A DNA stretch of 64,000 nt, taken from an uncultured Candidatus Binatia bacterium (lineage in GTDB: Bacteria; Desulfobacterota; Binatia; Bin18). Position numbers and translations under genes: made by a program. The stretch is taken from the NCBI GenBank assembly GCA_965214605.1, contig OZ243961.1, positions 3,968,001-4,032,000 of the forward strand. The letters are read 5' to 3'. The notes under the pieces were generated by a model. That model was not told the origin of the DNA, made no database searches, and saw nothing but the letters and a program-made list of their open reading frames with translations. Numbering within the stretch: the stretch's first letter is position 1; the number at the start of each line of letters is the position of its first letter. Shown one piece after another: positions 59,974 through 64,000 of the stretch.

Positions 59974-60126
59974 TCAGAACTCGGCATTGATACGGCTCCA
60001 AGCCTCCTCTTCACTAGACGTAAGAAGAATGTCGGCGTGGTCCCGGGAGATGAACTCTCCCTTCGGATTCCAGTCGTGAACAAGCGTACCGAGGGGTGCT
60101 GCAAGGGATCGAGCATCGAGTACCAT
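59974..60126 (-). pseudogene. Truncated N-terminus of a TauD/TfdA-like dioxygenase (tentative)
   Basis: AGGGGG RBS then MVLDARSLAAPLGTLVHDWNP..., similar to TauD N-termini (L..RPL...LGAEV.G.D); stops after 50 aa. Confidence 0.4.
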
Positions 60127-60927
60127 TTTTCCCCCTTGTGACTCTTGCCGTGCCACGGTGGAGTGGGGTGTGCCACAGCTAAGTCTGAGGTGATGCGGTC
60201 AGCTAGGTTCCGCTCCTCCTCACTCCCCGCTCGCCGTTGGTCTTCCCCCCTGGTCCTACAGAATCGCAATACCGGTCACAGAAACGGCGTACTCCCATAT
60301 TGAGGTGGCCTGGGGTCTGGTCAAGGCTATTGAACTCCACCCGTAGGAAGGGCTACCCCTTTTGGGAGCGACTTCAGACACCTTAGACTCGACGGTTTTG
60401 AGGGCGGTGTGGTCCGCCCGTCCAACATTCGTGGCCGAGTCTGTCGAACCCTGCTGCACCATAGCGACTCTGGCACTGATAAGACTTTCTCGTCAGCGAT
60501 CGACCGTATCCTGTTTCTCAATGATGATCACGACCACGACATCGCGCAGGGCCGGCACGGAGTCCGGTCTTTAGGCGGGGACCCTGTATCGCTAAAACGG
60601 CGGAGGGCAACCCCACAGGCCTCTCTGTCCTCAGGAGGGGCGGCCCGGACAGGAGGGACACCTTCTTGCACCTCTTTCGAGCGCTCAACACTCGGCACCC
60701 AGAACGTTCTGAAACCCTGAGCCTAGTCGGCTCGTTGAGCGAGAAAGATCCGGGGGATTGAGTGACTTTGATTTTGCTGGACGGACCGTGTCAATGCATC
60801 AGATCACACTTAGTGACAAACTCGCCTTAGTCGCATCAGGACCCCCTGGGCCGGGCGTCGTGACAACGGCTGACTGTGTCGTATGGCTGTAGATGTCGAT
60901 GATACTGAGAGACTGCGCAAACGGTCT

Positions 60928-61725
60928 TCAATCCCCCAACGCTCCGCCATTATTCTGAATAGTAAAACCACCGTCCACCACTACCGCCGCCCCGTTGATG
61001 TACGAGGCCGCGGGTAGAACCAAGCTGAGGGTCATCTGGGCAACCTCCTCCGGGTCACCATAACGCTTGAGGGGGACACGTCGGCGAGCGAAAGTCCGTT
61101 TGGCAGTGTCTGCAATAGAGGCGGTGAGTCCGGTGTGAATGGCACCCGGACAGATACAGTTGACGGTCACGCCTTGATTGCCCAACTCAACGGCTAAGGC
61201 CCGAGTGAGACCGATCACCCCGTGTTTGGCGGCCGTATATGGGCTGGCATAGGCGCTGCCGCCGACGCCCTCGGTCGAGGCGATATTGACAATCCGCCCG
61301 GCCCCATTTTTTGAGAGGTAGGGGAGGGCGGCACGAATGAGACGGTGGTGAGCGGCCAAATTCACCTGAAAGCAGCGTTCCCAAACGTCTTCGTAGCGGC
61401 TGCTTTTGATACGCACCCCGGCATCAATACCCGCGTTATTGACCAGGATGTCGAGTCCACCGAGATGCGCGGCAATTTCAGCAACGACCGGCGCAATTCG
61501 ACTGTCGTCCATCAGATCCATAGTCCAGCCCTCGGCCTTACCTCCGGCTTGGTTGATTTCTTGAACAACGCTCGACACCCCTTCGCCGTTCCGATCAAGA
61601 ACGGCGACCTGGGCTCCTTCGTCGGCAAACAGATAGGCGGTGGCGCGGCCCATGCCGCTGGCAGCTCCGGTCACCAGAGCGACTTTTCCAACAATAGATC
61701 GGCTAAGTTTGCTGAGTCGTGGCAT
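60928..61725 (-). CDS. Short-chain dehydrogenase/reductase
   Basis: TGAASGMG, NNAG, YTAAK, VN.ICPG. Confidence 0.95.
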   Translation of the reverse strand: MPRLSKLSRSIVGKVALVTGAASGMGRATAYLFADEGAQVAVLDRNGEGVSSVVQEINQAGGKAEGWTMDLMDDSRIAPVVAEIAAHLGGLDILVNNAGIDAGVRIKSSRYEDVWERCFQVNLAAHHRLIRAALPYLSKNGAGRIVNIASTEGVGGSAYASPYTAAKHGVIGLTRALAVELGNQGVTVNCICPGAIHTGLTASIADTAKRTFARRRVPLKRYGDPEEVAQMTLSLVLPAASYINGAAVVVDGGFTIQNNGGALGD

Positions 61726-61827
61726 AGGTCCTCCTTTCTGGTCCCGGGATGGCCGCTCGACTTTGGAACCGCCGTCCCAGCGACGCATGAAGAATCCAGG
61801 CCGAGCAGACGGCATTCATCAGTATCG

Positions 61828-62907
61828 TTAACAGCGTTTCATCACGTGTTCGGCAAAATCTGCAAACACCTTACGCGCTGACTCCATGGGGGGGAGGAGC
61901 GTAATCTCTTTGAGCCCCGCCTGTTCGGCAGCCCGAACCTGCTCAACGATCTCGTCCGGCGTCCCGACCAGACACACCCCCCGAATGGCCTCGGGCGTGA
62001 TAAAGCGCCGTTCTTCGGGGGCCAGGAAGGTACAATGGCCATTGTGAATCTGTAGATAGCGTTTTTCCAGGGGCGTTTCCATCGCATCGACAAACGCGCA
62101 GTACTCGTCCCAGATGCCGCGAAAAGCTTCCGGAATAAAGTCCTCATTGGCGGTTTGTTTATAAATCTCGTACACAAAATGGAGAATGGCTGCGACCTGT
62201 GAGCCGCACTCGTCAATGACTCGCTCTGAGTTCAGCCGCTCGCCGGCCCGCAGCACAACCGAGGTGGTCAGCGTCGAGGTATGAAATGTCTCCGGCAGGC
62301 TGCGGTCGGCCTTCTCGGCCCCGGCCCGGATCAAGTCCAAGTGATGGGCCAGCACCTCAGGGCGCTCGTTAAAAGCCGAGATCAGTCCGTCGCCAAACTC
62401 CCCTGCCGTTCTCAGTGCCCGCGGGCCGTTGGCGGCGACATAGATGGGAATCGGATTATCCAGGTTCACAAAGCGCAGGTCTTGGTGCAGAAACCGAATC
62501 GAGCGTGTCCGGTCCGCCAGCGTATACTCGACTTCCTCTCCCCGCAGCAGAACTCTGAGTACCCGCAGATATTCCCGGAAGTCCCGAATCCGCATCGGCT
62601 CCATGCCCATTACCCGCATGGCGGTGTGGCCGGTGCCGATGCCCAGAAATACCCGTCCCGGTGCAATCTGATTAATTGAGGCGATTGAGTGGGCCGTCAC
62701 CGGCGCGATGCGCGTCCCGGGAATTGCAACGCCGGTTCCCAGCTGAATCCGTGACGTATGCTGAGCCGCTAGGGCCATCACCGCATAACAATCCGACCAG
62801 ATCATCTGCGAATCTGGGACCCAAGCTCTATCAAAGCCCAGATCTTCAGCGTACTTGATCAGCTGCCAGTCATCGATTTTTGTCGCCATACAAATGCCGA
62901 ATTCCAT
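61828..62907 (-). CDS. LLM class flavin/F420-dependent oxidoreductase (Mer-like)
   Basis: AEDLGFD.AW.PDSQ, LGTGV..P.TR, GRV.LGIGTG, PIYVAA.GPRAL..AGE.GDG. Confidence 0.93.
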   Translation of the reverse strand: MEFGICMATKIDDWQLIKYAEDLGFDRAWVPDSQMIWSDCYAVMALAAQHTSRIQLGTGVAIPGTRIAPVTAHSIASINQIAPGRVFLGIGTGHTAMRVMGMEPMRIRDFREYLRVLRVLLRGEEVEYTLADRTRSIRFLHQDLRFVNLDNPIPIYVAANGPRALRTAGEFGDGLISAFNERPEVLAHHLDLIRAGAEKADRSLPETFHTSTLTTSVVLRAGERLNSERVIDECGSQVAAILHFVYEIYKQTANEDFIPEAFRGIWDEYCAFVDAMETPLEKRYLQIHNGHCTFLAPEERRFITPEAIRGVCLVGTPDEIVEQVRAAEQAGLKEITLLPPMESARKVFADFAEHVMKRC

Positions 62908-62965
62908 CGTGTCCTCCGTTCATCGTTCACTATTCATCAATCATCCGTAATGCAGCATTTTATCA

Positions 62966-62995
62966 TTGCACGATCCGAGCCAAGATGTGTATAAG
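62966..62995 (+). promoter_or_regulatory. Possible sigma70 promoter
   Basis: TTGCAC-18 nt-TATAAG upstream of the ATG at 63015. Confidence 0.4.
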
Positions 62996-63014
62996 GGCGG
63001 GGTGGGGGGCAAAC

Positions 63015-64000
63015 ATGAAGTTCGGTATTTTGTACAATGTTGAGTATCATCCCGAGATCCACGGTACTCCGTCACAGTACTATGAATACATCCTGAAGCA
63101 GATCCAGCTAGAGGAAGAGTTGGGCTACAATTCGGTATGGTTCGGGGAGCATCACTACTCTGGCTACTCTTTCGGTTCTCCGCCGCTGATGGCCATGGCG
63201 GCCGCCGCGCGTACCAAGCAGATCCGTCTCGGTACGGGTGTCTCCCTAGTCCCTCTGCATCATCCGATCCGTTTGGCCGAGGAATACGCCATGCTCGACG
63301 TGCTGAGCCAGGGACGATTGGAGTACGGTATCGGCCGCGGCTTTATTAAGTACGCCTACGAGGTCTTTGGGATTGATGAGGATGAAAACGTCCGCCGCTA
63401 CCACGAGGGGGCGGACCTGCTGGTCAAAGCCTGGTTGGCCGACGCGCCGTTTTCCTACCATGGCGAGTTCTATACGCTCCAGGACTACAGTTTTTTCCCC
63501 AAACCCCGCCAACGGCCTCATCCGCCGATTTATGCCGCCGGAGCGGTGACGCCCGAGAGCTATCAATGGGCCGGCAGTCGCGGTTTTCATCTGGCCACGG
63601 CCTTCTTTATTCCCGATCGTGAAGCGGTGCGGCAGGGGATCATTGCCTATCGTCAGGCGCTGACCGAGCATGGCTATGATCCGGCCCACCGCGAGGTGGC
63701 CGGGGTATACCAGATGTACTGCGGAGAAACAAACCAGGAAGCCCACCGTCACGGTGGTCAGCACGTTTTTGACTACTATCATTTCTTTGGCGGCTTAGCT
63801 GCCCGGCGGCCGCACACGTCTCCGAGCTTTGACCGGCATAAGGTCATGCTCGAAGGCTTCGCCGGGGTGACCTACGACGATCTGGACCGTCGCAACCTGG
63901 TTCTGATCGGTGATCCCGACAACCTGATTGAACGTATTCGGTGGGCCCAGGAATTTTACGGCACTAACTATCTGTTGCTCGAGGTGGCTCAGGGCGGCAT
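63015..64000 (+). CDS. LLM class flavin-dependent oxidoreductase (3'-truncated by window; absent from the ORF track)
   Basis: MKFGILYNVEYHPEIHG...EELGYNSVWFGEHHYSGY...LGTGVSLVPLHHPIRLAEEYAMLDVLSQGRLEYGIGRG; appears open to the window end. Confidence 0.93.
   Translation, partial: MKFGILYNVEYHPEIHGTPSQYYEYILKQIQLEEELGYNSVWFGEHHYSGYSFGSPPLMAMAAAARTKQIRLGTGVSLVPLHHPIRLAEEYAMLDVLSQGRLEYGIGRGFIKYAYEVFGIDEDENVRRYHEGADLLVKAWLADAPFSYHGEFYTLQDYSFFPKPRQRPHPPIYAAGAVTPESYQWAGSRGFHLATAFFIPDREAVRQGIIAYRQALTEHGYDPAHREVAGVYQMYCGETNQEAHRHGGQHVFDYYHFFGGLAARRPHTSPSFDRHKVMLEGFAGVTYDDLDRRNLVLIGDPDNLIERIRWAQEFYGTNYLLLEVAQGG

Noticed and set aside
60256-60521. ALKTV...SYGW resembling a group II intron RT motif
   Set aside because: Too weak; no GIP, PQG or YADD remnants

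Overview
About 58-60% GC bacterial chromosomal DNA from a diderm aerobe (lpxD, AsmA, MltA, a complete A1-type aa3 cytochrome c oxidase operon). The gene content (DUF1329/DUF1302, three LLM oxidoreductases, several amidohydrolases, a FadE-type acyl-CoA dehydrogenase, a Rieske dioxygenase) suggests a deltaproteobacterial-type lineage such as Binatia; this is inference only. Positions 1-40 kb are mostly housekeeping and respiration genes (coaE, riboflavin synthase, pcs, mltA, uup, tRNA-Arg(CCG), cta operon, rpmF, hisG, lpxD, nadE). Positions 40-64 kb are catabolic/accessory genes interspersed with eroded gene and IS remnants. No CRISPR array, rRNA, intact IS or prophage was seen. The best leads are: (i) a DUF1329-DUF1302-DUF1326-DUF2182-amidohydrolase unit with a divergent paralogous amidohydrolase; (ii) a bacterial protein strikingly like animal BPHL/valacyclovirase; (iii) a ~79% GC, strand-specifically T-depleted TnpB-like relic next to the tRNA; (iv) microproteins in and beside the oxidase operon, including a stand-alone 'KPDNIPIV' membrane peptide co-oriented with a 4x[4Fe-4S] polyferredoxin. 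All family calls come from motif recognition by eye; no database searches were run.
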